A DNA stretch of 64,000 nucleotides from Amoebidium appalachense (lineage: Eukaryota; Protista; Ichthyosporea). Positions 1 through 11,906 of this stretch are shown here, one piece after another; within the stretch, counting starts at the first letter, position 1; every line of letters starts with the position of its first letter. Made by a program: the position numbers and the translations under genes. The stretch spans positions 5,898,624-5,962,623 of the forward strand of contig CAVNZM010000015.1 in NCBI GenBank assembly GCA_963693365.1, in the 5' to 3' direction. The notes beneath the pieces are model-generated. The model saw only the letters and a program-made list of their open reading frames with translations, did not search any database and was not told the DNA's origin.

Positions 1-17
1 GCAACCCTTGCCCCACT

Positions 18-764
18 GTGCCCATCCCCGTCTCTCTCCCGTCAAAATGGCCCGGGAATGTCAGTGAGTCTGTGTTTACACACTACTGCAACAGCGCAGA
101 CCCAGTTTATGACGTCACCCCCGTGCCGATGGATGCTTTCTCATTCAACAGCAACGCCACCTTTAGTTTCCGTCCAAGATTTTCATGGGAAATGAATTTC
201 TGTTTCATCATCACCGTATTGGACGGATTAAACTGTGGGCTGATAAAATCCAACGTGCCACCTTTACATCTTAAGCCAACCGGACTGGACGTTTGGGACC
301 GGATGATTGCTGCCTTAAAGCACCGCGAGAAGCATACAGCAAATATCCGGGCCATCGCTCATCGACTGGCACGGGTGTGGAAGGTAACACGATACAGGAT
401 TGGGGACATAAGTTCTACGGACAAGTTGTTTGACGCGCTTCAATGTGACATTAGCGGTTCGGATTACCTCACGGGTGTCCCGCTGGATGGGTCTACTAGT
501 CGTCCGATATTCCGAGACAACGTGGTACCCCCTCACGTGACAATCATAACCGCTACATGCGTTAAATGCACTGGCGTGTTGTTATGTGGCTCACCGATCT
601 GGTTTTTGATTGGTGCGGCTGGATGGCATTCCTGTCCCACAATCACGGCTACGAAATTGCTTTGGTATAAAAGCAATTCGGTAGGTCAGTTCATCTGGGG
701 AATGATTGCCGGTAATGGTGATCTGGCACAATAAATGGTTGCGCCTTTCAATGACGTACACCTA
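18..764 (+). pseudogene. N-terminal half of a divergent USP/papain-like cysteine peptidase ORF (Cys-box-like motif), interrupted at 765 by a TIR element
   Basis: ORF 18-734 contains FSWEMNFCFIITVLDGL (N-x-C, Cys-box-like). After TAA 732-734 the same frame continues ATG GTT GCG CCT TTC AAT GAC GTA CAC CTA and joins ORF 15951-16682 in frame once 765-15950 is removed. Confidence 0.4.
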
Positions 765-1687
765 CATCAGCAAACATCTCCCGGCATCTTTTTTCCGTCT
801 CAAACCAGTCTGGGACATCCTAAACCCGTAACCCATCCTGAACCATACCCTTTGTAACCGTTGTTAGTTAGAGATGACTCCAAGCTATCCCTAACCCGTC
901 CGGCTTTAGCAGGCGATATTAAAGACATCTCTGTAAGTACGTCCTTAGCATATCTGTAACCCGGCGAAACCCTATCCCGTGTTCCATCTGTTTCCTCCCC
1001 CAAGCATATCTTAGAGCCGTCTTTGTTATGTCTTAAACGAATCTATAAAAAGACAATATTTATGAACTTTTACTAAAAAGATATCCCCAGCATATCTGTA
1101 AGCTATCGATCAGCCGTCTACAAGAGCGCTTTGCGATCACCAATATCCATCTTTAATACTACTTTATGTAGTTCAGACGAGCATATATGGCATACTTAAC
1201 ACCTCTTGAAGAATTTGCAGAGATATATTACAGATATGTTGTGGTTAACCTAAATGTATCCTTACGATGTAGTTATGTAATATGTTATTTCAGTCTAACA
1301 CGAGTTGTCGACTTTAAAACGTACTAAAAGCAACTCACCGATAGGCTAGGGATATTTTTATTGGTACATAGTGACACAAACAAGATATGCGTGAGACGTA
1401 TTTACGTCATAATATAGATTCATCATCAATTGAGGAAAAGACACAATTAATATACACTTTAGACGGCTTTAGGACGGCCTAACGTTATATATGGTCGCTC
1501 CCATAGATAGAATAATTATATATTCATAGTTCTGGTAAGAGCACCGGAAGATTTCTTGATGCAATTTTAAAGCCATCTTTCAGGATGTTCTAAAAGTCAC
1601 ACTAAAAAGACCGTCGTCATCCTTAAAGTCATCTGTTGGATGGCTGGAGGTTGTCGTGATGATATCTTAAACCCCCACCTCCCCTCC

Positions 1688-1721
<34 letters not shown>

Positions 1722-1848
1722 ACCCACCCCACATGAACCTTTGACGATCGATGACGACGATGAGGTGCCAGACCCACAGGGTCTTTTCCTGGGGACCACC
1801 ACCCACCCCACATGAACCTTTGACGATCGATGACGACGACGAGGTGCC

Positions 1849-2290
1849 AGACCCACAAGGTCTTGCCTCCATACTTTATTTACCTTAACAGGACAAAGAG
1901 CCGGTACCCACCTATGGGTGCTAAACATGCACATGATCATTCATGTGCTATAAGAGCAACACAGAAACGAAACACGGAAACAACAGCAGCGATAGGACAA
2001 AGAGCCCCAGACCCACAGGGTCTTGCCTCCATACTTTATTTACCTTAACAGGACAAAGAGCCGGTACCCACCTATGGGTGCTAAACATGCACATGATCAT
2101 TCGTGTGCTATAAGAGCAACACAGAAACGAAACACGGAAACAACAGCAGCCATAACACAAAGAGCCCCAGACCCACAGGGTCTTGCCTCCATACTTTATT
2201 TACCCTAACAGGACAAAGAGCCGGTACCCACCTATGAAACGAAAAACGGAAACAACAGCAGCCATAGGACAAAGAGCCGGTACCCACCTC
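1849..2290. repeat. 160-bp tandem repeat (~2.7 copies)
   Basis: AGACCCACA(A/G)GGTCTTGCCTCCATAC recurs at 1849, 2009 and 2169. Confidence 0.9.
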
Positions 2291-2512
2291 TAGATGATAA
2301 CGTAGCCTTATAGCTGCTGATGACTTCATGGGCCAACCTTGCCAAAACCTGTAAAGGAACTCGAGCTAAGAATTAGCTCATCCTACTTGCGAGAAGTGGG
2401 GGGGAGGGGGGGGGGGGGGGGGGGGGGGACTGAGGGGGCTGACTGAGAGTGGCAAAAAAAGAGTCGACAGAACCAACCTCAAACATAGTAAGGACGGAAA
2501 CCCGGACCAGAA

Positions 2513-3194
2513 CTTATGAAGTCTAGAGAAACAGAAAATAGCTTGAACGATCGGTGGAGGGGATGATAGCTATAGTGCTAACAGCAAAAGTAGTGCCCAC
2601 AGTCGCTGGTTCAGGAACGTGAAAGGCAACGTGCATCTGCAGCCAGCAGACACACGCACACGCACGCACACACACACACATACACACACACACACACAGA
2701 CACAGACACAGACATAATCACAGGACGGACACAGACCAGACAGACAAACGCCATATGCACAAAAGCAGGCAACACAAAACTAACCTTCAAAGGGCCTTTC
2801 AGCCGTTAGGCAGCATGCAGCATGGTCCAAAACAATCAGCACGGTGGCTGCGCGATCTGCGGAGGGGATCTGTGACCAGGCGACCTGCGGGAAGGGAACT
2901 GCGACCAGGCGACCTGCGGGAAGGGACCTGCGACCAGGCGACCTGCGGGAAAGGACCTGCGGACCTGCGGGAAGGGGGAAGAGAAATGGAGCAAACAACG
3001 TGCGTACAGGCTTAAATGGAGAAAAAATTGCAAACCGGATTGGGATTTAGCCAATCACTATTCGCCGCGCCTGAATAGGAAAAAGATAAAAATAGATTTC
3101 GGCTCGCGCGCGCGCGCGCATCAGCTTGGTGCCCTTAGCGCTACCCTTAGTGCCCTTAGTCACAACTATCAGACTATAGTTACGTGTCCTCCAC
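2513..3194. repeat. Dispersed ~680-bp repeat block, copy 1 (copy 2 at 55117-55814), with an internal ~29-bp GCGACCAGGCGACCTGCGGGAAGGG minisatellite
   Basis: Near-identical sequence from CTTATGAAGTCTAGAGA to TTACGTGTCCTCCAC at both places. Confidence 0.9.
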
Positions 3195-3319
3195 TTCTTT
3201 GTTCTTGACCATTTTTTCGGCATGAAAGGGTTTCTGTTACTTCTTGCTGTCCTTCTTAGCGTGCTTGCTTGTCTTTTTTTCAACATGGGTGTCACTGGCG
3301 CTTTCGACTTCTTTGAAAT

Positions 3320-3362
<43 letters not shown>

Positions 3363-3392
3363 GCGCGCACGCACACACACTCACACATGCAC

Positions 3393-3424
<32 letters not shown>

Positions 3425-3890
3425 GGCGCGCACACACAGGCACGCACACACACACAGGCGCACACCTACACAACACACACAGCACATGCACACACAAGCG
3501 CACACACGCACACACCCTGTTATCCCTGATCATGATGCCCCCTCCCCCCTCCCTCTTCCCCCCCCGCGCACCCACCCCCCCCCCCCCCCCCCCCCCCACC
3601 CACCCCACCCACCCACCTACAAAGACGAAAAAATTGTACATGTATTGCATACACAAATATACTCGCACATATACATACACACATTCACTTTAATCTTTCA
3701 GGCTACATGTGCAATCTACATTAATTATGCACAGTCGATAGAATTCGTTGTGAACCCCCCCCCCCCCCCCCCTCCTCGTTCCCCCCATATGCAATGGGGA
3801 TAATATTGTTTCCCGCTATTAATTAAAAAATCACCGTTCTAACTTCCTAAGACCGAACCACTTGTAACACCGACAGTTTCGGTTGTGTGG

Positions 3891-3930
<40 letters not shown>

Positions 3931-3954
3931 CCCACCCACCACCACCTTACCAAT

Positions 3955-5520
3955 ATTGAGGTGTACACTGCCCCCACATCCCCAACTGTGTGCTGAATAT
4001 CCCGTGCTAGGAAACCAATAACGTGAAAGTAACACATGCCGCATGTGGGTAGTTATTGAAAAAACCAATAATGTCTAGGTAACATACTATGTACATATAC
4101 TATGCTACAAAGGGGGTTCTATACGAGCTACAATGTTGTGTTTTTTTCGTGTGACCCTCGTACTCCAGGGGCACATTCACCATCCCCCCCATAAACTTTG
4201 TGGTAAAGTTCTCGTGCTAGAAGCTGTTCTGTGGGTAGTTATTGAAAAAACGAATAATGTCTAGGTAACACATGTACATATGCTATGTTACAAGGGGGGT
4301 TCTATTCGAGCTACAATGTTGTGTTTTTTTTGTGTGACCCTCGTACTCCAGGGGCACATTCACCATCCCCCCCATAAACTTTGTGGTAAATCTCTCGTGC
4401 TAGAGGCTGTTCTGTGGGTAGTTATTGAAAAACCAATAATGTCTAGGTAACATATGTACATATACTATGCTACAAGGGGGGTTCTATACGAGCTACAACG
4501 TTGTGTTTTTTTCGTGTGACCCTTGTACTCCAGGGGCACATTTACCATCCCCCCCATAAACTTTTTGGTAAATGTCTCGTGCTAGAAGCTGTTCTGTGGG
4601 TAGTTATTGAAAAAACCAATAATGTCTAGGTAACACATGGACGTATACTATGCTACAAGGGGGGTCTATTCGAGCTACAACATTGTGTTTTTTTCGTGTG
4701 ACCCTCGTACTCCAGGGGCACATTCTCCATCCCCCCCATAAACTGTGTGGTAAATGTCTCGTGCTAGAAGCTGTTCTGTGGGTAGTTATTGAAAAAACCA
4801 ATAATGTCTAGGTAACACATGTACATATACTATGCTACAATTGCAAGGGGGGTTCTATTCGAGCTACAATGTTGTGTTTTTTTCGTGTGACCCTTGTACT
4901 CCAGGGGCACATTCACCATCCCCCCCATAAACTTTGTGGTAAATGTCTCGTGCTAGAAGCTGTTCTGTGGGTAGTTATTGAAAAAACCAATAATGTCTAG
5001 GTAACACATGGACGTATACTATGCTACAAGGGGGGTCTATTCGAGCTACAACATTGTGTTTTTTTCGTGTGACCCTCGTACTCCAGGGGCACATTCTCCA
5101 TCCCCCCCATAAACTGTGTGGTAAATTTCTCGTGCTAGAAGCTGTTCTGTGGGTAGTTATTGAAAAAACCAATAATGTCTAGGTAACACATGTACATATA
5201 CTATGCTACAATTGCAAGGGGGGTTCTATTCGAGCTACAACATTGTGTTTTTTTCGTGTGATCCTTGTACTCCAGGGGCACATTCACCATCCCCCCCATA
5301 AACTTTGTGGTAAATGTCTCGTGCTAGAAGCTGTTCTGTGGGTAGTTATTGAAAAAACCAATAATGTCTAGGTAACATATGTACATATACTATGCTACAA
5401 GGGGGGTTCTATACGAGCTACAACGTTGTGTTTTTTTCGTGTGACCCTCGTACTCCAGGGGCACATTCACCATCCCCCATAAACGTTGTGGTAAATGTCT
5501 CGTGCTAGAAGCTGTTCTGT
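3955..5520. repeat. ~184-bp tandem satellite array 1 (~8 units)
   Basis: Unit TATGCTACAAGGGGGGTTCTAT(A/T)CGAGCTACAA...GTGACCCTCGTACTCCAGGGGCACATT...GTTATTGAAAAAACCAATAATGTCTAGG repeated head to tail. Confidence 0.95.
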
Positions 5521-5701
5521 GTCTGATGTGTGGATGTCTGTGTATGTTGTGTGTGTGTGCATGTCTGTGTGTGTGTATGTGCTCAGTTGAAAGGGAAGGG
5601 GGGGGAGAGGGGGGATGCACCGTGTGTGTGCATGTGTGCACGTGTGTGTGTGTGTGCTCTGTGGAGAGGGAAGGGGAGGGGGGAAATGCACCGTGTGTGT
5701 G

Positions 5702-5735
<34 letters not shown>

Positions 5736-5933
5736 TGTGTGTATTTTTGTGTGCCACAGTGTATGTGTGTGTGTGTGTTGTGTGTTTGTGTGTGTGTGCA
5801 TGTCTGTGTGCATCGTGTGTGGTGTGTGTGTGTGTGTGTGCATGTCTGTGCATGTGTGCATGTGCTCGGTGGATAGGGAAGGGGAAGGGGGGATTCGTGT
5901 CCGTGCATGTGTGCATGTGTGCATGTGTGTGTG

Positions 5934-5974
<41 letters not shown>

Positions 5975-6420
5975 ATGTATGTGTGTGTGTATGTGCTCAG
6001 TTGAGAGGGAAGGAGAGAGGGGGGATGCACCGTGTGTGTGCATGTGTGCACGTGTGTGTGTGTGTGCTTTGTGGAGAGGGAAGGGGATGGGGGAAATGCA
6101 CCGTGTGTGTGCATGTGTGTGTGTGTGTGTGTGCGTGCGTGTGTGTGTGTTGTGTGTTTGTGTTGGTGTGTGCATGTCTGTGTGCATCGTGTGTGTTGTG
6201 TGTGTGTGTGTGTGCATGTCTGTGCATGTGTGCATGTGCTCGGTGGAGAGGGAAGGGGAAGGGGGGATTCGTGTCCGTGCATGTGTGCATGTGTGCATGT
6301 GCGTGTGTGTGTGTGTGTGCTTGTGTGTGTGTGTGTGTGCGCATGTATGTGTGTGTGTATGTGCTCAGTTGAGAGGGAAGGGGAGGGGGGGGATGCACCG
6401 TGTGTGTGCATGTGTGCATG
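5521..6420. repeat. (TG)n/GCATGT-rich low-complexity repeat with internal ~400-bp duplication
   Basis: ATGTGCTCAGTTGA(A/G)AGGGAAGG recurs at ~5577, ~5991 and ~6359. Confidence 0.85.
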
Positions 6421-7703
6421 TTAATGCAAAGTACACACGGGTGAGTCCGTAGAATTTTTTTCCCGACGGAGGGGGGGGGGGGGGGGCATGATCGGGGAAT
6501 TTCAGTGTTTTCTCCAGTCCCGCATGCAACATACCAGCCTTCGTATTCAAAAAACCCAAACACCCTTTCCTTTAGCAAGTAGCTGACTTTCTCACCACCA
6601 AACGTAGATGGGGGTGGGGGGGAGTGCCCACGTTCACCCACACATCCCCACGGGCATTTGCCGGGCCCATCAGGGGGGGTCCAAGAGGGGGGGGGGGGGT
6701 CATTCTATAGTGTGCATGTGTTGTGGAGGGAATTTGAAACGTGCAAAAACCCTCAGAATGGACGGATTTCGATGCAGTTTTTTTTGTTTTCCCAATGGGA
6801 AGGTACGTTAATGCAAAGTACACACGGGGGAGTCCATAGGATTTTTTCCCGACGGACGGGGGGACGTGATCGGGGAATTTCAAGAAGAAAAATCTAAAAT
6901 CTCAATATCTGCCAAAACCCTCCGAATGGACGGGGGGAGGGGGGGGGGGGGGGAGGAGGGAGGGGGGGGGGGGGGGAGGGGGGGAAGGGGGGGGGGGGGG
7001 GGAGGCATCAAACGTGATGGCTCCCCCCCCCCCCCCCCCCCCCCCCCCCTCCCCGGCGGGCCCGCCGCTGCGCTGCGGAAGATTACTCTGATCTACTCGA
7101 ATCCTTTTGTCCCAAACACAGGCTTGCAGGATAAGAAAGGCCTGCACCTTGCAAAGCTGGATGCCTATTTTGCATCAGAAGGGAACTTCGACCCCAGCCC
7201 CAGGCTTGAAGGACGTGGCAATTGCCTAAAGTTCCTGCCGCTACAGCTGCAGTTGTTCCTAGCGGGCTTAACGCCTGCTGAAGCACGGGGGACTCCACGG
7301 GGGGATCTGCCTCTTCCAGTGAAAAGAAAAATATTCCCATACAACTTGAACAGCTGCTATATTCGACTGCAAGAAGGTGAGGAGGGAGTGTATCTTAGGG
7401 TGGTGGGGTGTAAGGAGTTTTATGGTCGGCGATCCGCACTGCAGTTTCAGGTATGGTTGGCGTATTTATTCAGGACGTACTGACAGAATAGTAAGTATAG
7501 CTCTAGTATAGCGTGAGGATATTCTTAGGAGCTTCCTAAGGTATGCGATATATATCTTTGCGTTTTTTTGCGTTTTTTGTGCATTTTTTTATTTTTTATT
7601 TTTTAATGTGTTTATTTAGGGTAAATTCAACGCACCGGCCACTTGCTCCGCGCAGGCATTGCACCGTTTGCCAAAGTATCTCGCCTAATTTATAGGTACC
7701 TTA

Positions 7704-8648
7704 GGGCCTGTTTGGCAACGCGGGTTAGTGTAATCTGGATTTCGGGGGATATCTGGATATCAAAATCGAGATCCAGATTATGCTGCAGAATCCGGATCTC
7801 AGCCGAAACCTGGGTTAAGCCGGGTAGATAACCCATGGATGCCAAACAGCCCACGTACGATTTCGGGTTAGATTTGCTCTGCTGTTCATGGAAACGACCG
7901 GCCATTCCATTCCATTGAGCCTTTTTAAGGCTCTTGCCTCCCGAATCAAGTTTCCTGAGTGAGAGGCTAAGAAAATCGTCTACAACGAACTTGCTTTCTT
8001 TTCCCGTAAATCTCATACGTGTCTTTTCAACCGCCTCAGTCGACGGTTTGGCTGACTGTGGGGGACTGTCACTCTGTGATTCGATGTTGAGGTTTGCAGG
8101 CATCTTGTCGGTTCAAACAAGATTATCTACAAGTGTACTGTGCTACTGGAAGACTCGGGCTGGACGGCCGCAGAGGGTAGGAAAAGAATGAGAAGTGAGG
8201 TGCGTGTCTGTTTTTATAACGTTCCCCACGTGCAAGTCCGTGCGTTGGTGCAGGTGTCGCAGTTCAAGGCACAGCTGTCGCAGCCCACTCAGTATCCACA
8301 TGCTGCCAGCAACGGAAGTTTGGTTTGGCGCCCTTTCAACAATCCTTTTTTGGCCACTTCAAACTATCGACGATTGGTGCAAAAGGACACCATATATAGT
8401 TCCATAAAATGAACATTCATTGGGTCGGACATTCAGGACCTGAAAGGATTTCGCGCTAATCCACCTCGGGTGGATTAGTGGAATCCAGATTACGGCCATG
8501 TCCGAGGGGTTTGAAACCCAGATTTACGTGACCGGATCTGGCCGTCTGTTTGGCAGCGGCTGGATTTTGAGATTTGGATTTAGCGCTAAACCCAAAATCG
8601 CCCGTAATCCGGATTTAGGACCCTAAACCCGGGTTGCCAAACAGGCCC
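7704..8648 (-). mobile_element. PIF/Harbinger deletion derivative (945 bp)
   Basis: TIRs GGGCCTGTTTGGCAAC / GTTGCCAAACAGGCCC, TTA duplication (7701-7703, 8649-8651), subterminal ATC(C/T)GGAT repeats, internal Myb/SANT-like fragment. Confidence 0.85.
7879..8103 (-). pseudogene. Truncated Myb/SANT-like DNA-binding protein of the Harbinger element
   Basis: RMRFTGKESKFVVDDFL...GKSLKKAQWNGMAGRFHEQ fits the WT..E..L....G..K...W..IA..F pattern of Harbinger ORF1; the frame then runs into subterminal repeats. Confidence 0.6.
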
Positions 8649-9127
8649 TTAAATATTATTACAACTAAAACTTCTGTATTTGGCAGTTGAATGCCCCAGT
8701 TTTAATTACATTATACGGATCATGATTGTAAGATAACAGTGCTTCGGATTCTGTTTTGCACTCCTCCAGTAAATCTTTGTTTCCATTGCCTATCATCTCG
8801 CGCACCTGCGCGACGCCTTCATGTTTCATGTTTCAATAAAAGCGTGACCTTGTGACGCCTTCATTGTGAATGCTGTGTGAAATTCGATCCTAAAAAACAA
8901 CCAATCAAAAACGTTGGAGTAATCTATCCCACAATCAAATGCGCAATCCCTTTTCCCGCCGTATATATTGAGCTAACCCTCGCATCACGGAACGTGGTCC
9001 TGGGTAATCGGCATTGACAGGGTGGTAAAGAGGCCGTGGCTGAGCTCGTTAGCGATACGTGCTTTGCTTTTGTATCCCAGGGAACACTTAAAGATCATCC
9101 AAATCGATCCCATTAAACCCTTAAAAA

Positions 9128-10009
9128 GGTCCTAAAGTAATCCTAACACAATACCTAATTGCAACTCTGAACATCTTTAAGCTACCCCAAATAGGGCGTG
9201 AATATCGCAGAAAGGTATCACCAATACTTGCCTAAGATTGTGTTAGCATATCACATGCACAGACATGGCCTGTCTTGAAGATATAATTGGGATGGCCAAT
9301 AGTGCTACAAAAGAACTCTCCAAAGATCTCCTTAGATGATCCACTGCCTAGCTGTGATATATCCTGACGACATCCTGTGCACATCCTAACGCAATCAGTT
9401 CGTTTCGCAAATGTTGCATGGCCATACGGGATTAAGAGAGGATAAAGATTGTACTAAGATCTCCGCACTACATCTTTAACATATCTCTACGCCCATCCCA
9501 CGAGCGCCTTGTGTCAACTTACTTGCGTGTATAATGCATCTTACACACATCTATATAATATGTATCGGTATCTCTCATAGACATCCTGTAGAATGAGTGC
9601 AGACGTCTTAAAGAGGTCCTAAGGTAATCCTCACACAATAGCTAATTGCAACTCTGAACATCTTTAAGCTACCCCAAATAGGGCGTGAAGATCGCAGAAA
9701 GGTATCACCAATACATGCCTAAGATTGCGTTAGCATATCACATGCACAGACATGGCCTGTCTTGAAGATATAATTGGGATGGCCAAAAGCGCTACAAAAG
9801 AACTCTCCAAAGATCTCCTTAGATGATCTACTGCCTAGCGGTGATATATCCTGACGACATCCTAACGCAATCAGTTCGTTTCGCAAATGTTGCATGGCCA
9901 TACGGGATTAAGAGAGGATAAAGATTGTACTAAGATCTCTGCAGTACATCTTTAACATATCTCTACGCCCATCCCACGAGCGCCTTGTGTCTTGAACTTA
10001 CTTGCGTGT
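9128..10009. repeat. ~480-bp tandem duplication; second unit interrupted by Ngaro copy 1 and resuming at 15434
   Basis: GGTCCTAA(A/G)GTAATCCT...CTTGCGTGT occurs twice. The unit-1 continuation ATAATGCATCTTACACAC (9531) reappears at 15434. Confidence 0.9.
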
Positions 10010-10700
10010 AATGATTTTTTTTATTTGTCTATGAAAACTACTCCGGGACGTGTGTTGCCTCTAGGGGGACATCCCCTTGGACGAAAGTGAACCTGCAATG
10101 GTTGTAAACCACGGCAGGCCCCCAGTCATCAATTTATTGATCCGTGAGGTCCTTGTGCCCAAAAAACGGGGGAAGTCTTCGCCCCGTGAAAAAACAGCAC
10201 GTATGTGGGGATCAATGGGGGTTGAGTGTAGGGTGTAGGTGGGTGGGTGAAAAGAAAATATAGCTGTAAAGCTGTAGGTGCTAAACACAGAAGATGTGTT
10301 GTTGCCTGCTGATCTGCTAAAAACTGTCGTGCTTATATACCTACGGCTACCGAACTGAGCCAATCAAAACCGATCTAGTGTTATGTGAAATCTTATCCTC
10401 AGCCAATCAGACTCGGTCTAGTGATCCGTGGAATCTGATGTTTTGATCGGCTAATAGGTGCCCGTATGCGGGCAGCCGAACGCGAACTGCTAAAACATGA
10501 AACAAAGCCTGTTGATATCGGACACCCATCCTACGTGTTTACCCAGAAAAATATTTATGTCAATAATTTCCACAAATAAAACCTCTATGAAAACTACTCC
10601 GGGACGTGTGTTGCCTCTAGGGGGACATCCCCTTGGACGAAAGTGAACCTGCAATGGTTGTAAACCACGGCACGAGAGCAGCATGCTTGCTCCAAAGGTT

Positions 10701-11906
10701 TCACTTAAGAATAGAGGCGAATACACGTGTGGTAGTGGCAGCAATGGAGGCCGGACGAAGTCGTGTATAGATCAGGAAACAGTCGGAGGACCACCTGCCG
10801 AGTTGTTTGATCCGGGAGTCGTCGACCCCGGCCTCAGCCAGTGCTGTGGCCCCCCCGATGCGGAGGCTGTGTCCGGCAAACCGGGAGGGTGAGAGGCCTG
10901 CCCGGGAGAGGAGGGCACGGAAGTCGGCAGAGAAAGCACTCTTGGTGTAGGGGATGCCACCGAGACTGAAGAGGGGGTCGTCGGGTTGACCGGACGTTGT
11001 ATGCAGGAACTGCCGGAGGAGATGGGCTGGGGAGAAATGGGTGAGGGGCAGGGCAGCTAGAGTGACGTTGACACCTCGGGCCTGTACATCCGTCTTAGAG
11101 GTTGGCAGGTGGAGGGTGGCATGGGACAAAGTACCGGTGGGGGTGTAGGTGAAGGTCACGTCTTTCCGTTTAACGTGACGGGACGGGTTGAAAGAAGTCA
11201 GGGTCTTGGAGGTAAATTCCCCTGAACGGAGGAGACCACAGAAACCGACGATGAGGGCTGTCCATAGCCGGAGATTGGCCGAGGAGGCCTTTGTGGGGCA
11301 CTGGCCATGAAGTAGGCTGAGGTGGGAGGGCAGGAGGGGTTCCCTGGTTGATGAGCGGGGTCGGATGTTGTGAGAAAGCTGCCATCTGCCCACCCCCCGT
11401 AGGAACCAGGCCAGAGACTTGTCGTGGGGGTAGGGAGCAGGGAGGCCCATGTCGAGGTGGAGCCTGGTGATGGCCGAATTGTAGCCGGTTAAGGAAGAGG
11501 CCTGTACCCCTCGTTGGGCACACCAGGCGAGAAAAAGTTGCACGGTGTGTGGGGAGGCCGGGAGGGAGGACCCGGAGGGGGATTGCAGCCGAGATGCCAC
11601 ACAGAAATCGATGAACACTTTCTGCACCCGGGAGTAAAAGGCCCGAGAGTCGAGGTTGAGACTCAGGGCCTGGCATTCCTGCAGGGTAGTGGTGGCTCGA
11701 AGCAGCTCGGCCGGAGCAAAGTGGGGGGCCAATCTGCCAGCGTTGCTCCGGAACGGGAGATCTGGGGGGGGGGGGGGGGGGGGGGGTGGGTTAGCCCAAG
11801 GGAAGGGATAGGAACTCGTGGACCCAGGAGGGGAAGGGGCAGGGCTCCGGTTGCAGGGAAGGTCGGAGTCGTCGGGCCCGGGGAAGTTGGTTACGAGAAA
11901 TGGCAT
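10701..11906 (-). CDS. Tyrosine recombinase (Ngaro ORF3)
   Basis: Catalytic motifs GLLRSGE (R), SKTD (K), HSLRIG (HxxR), GRW, LIYTR (Y); 5' end overlaps the RNase H end. Confidence 0.95.
   Translation of the reverse strand: MPFLVTNFPGPDDSDLPCNRSPAPSPPGSTSSYPFPWANPPPPPPPPPDLPFRSNAGRLAPHFAPAELLRATTTLQECQALSLNLDSRAFYSRVQKVFIDFCVASRLQSPSGSSLPASPHTVQLFLAWCAQRGVQASSLTGYNSAITRLHLDMGLPAPYPHDKSLAWFLRGVGRWQLSHNIRPRSSTREPLLPSHLSLLHGQCPTKASSANLRLWTALIVGFCGLLRSGEFTSKTLTSFNPSRHVKRKDVTFTYTPTGTLSHATLHLPTSKTDVQARGVNVTLAALPLTHFSPAHLLRQFLHTTSGQPDDPLFSLGGIPYTKSAFSADFRALLSRAGLSPSRFAGHSLRIGGATALAEAGVDDSRIKQLGRWSSDCFLIYTRLRPASIAATTTRVFASILK

Noticed and set aside
732-734. Reassigned TAA/TAG codons explaining in-frame stops
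   Set aside because: METTL15 (TAA), pol (TAA) and gag (TAG) end at their expected C-termini, indicating the standard code.
3955-5520. CRISPR-like array (also 56028-58710)
   Set aside because: The whole ~184-bp unit repeats, with no unique spacers and no cas genes, in a eukaryotic context.
5390-6452. Long His/Thr- or Cys/Val-rich ORFs (also 22.7-23.6, 26.2-27.2, 58.8-59.4 kb) and poly-Pro/Gly ORFs
   Set aside because: Translations of (CA)n/(TG)n and poly-C/G tracts, mostly intronic.
6866-7483. 205-aa ORF as a gene
   Set aside because: N-terminus is poly-G/C and the rest has no recognisable motif or clear splice context; cannot be supported without a search.
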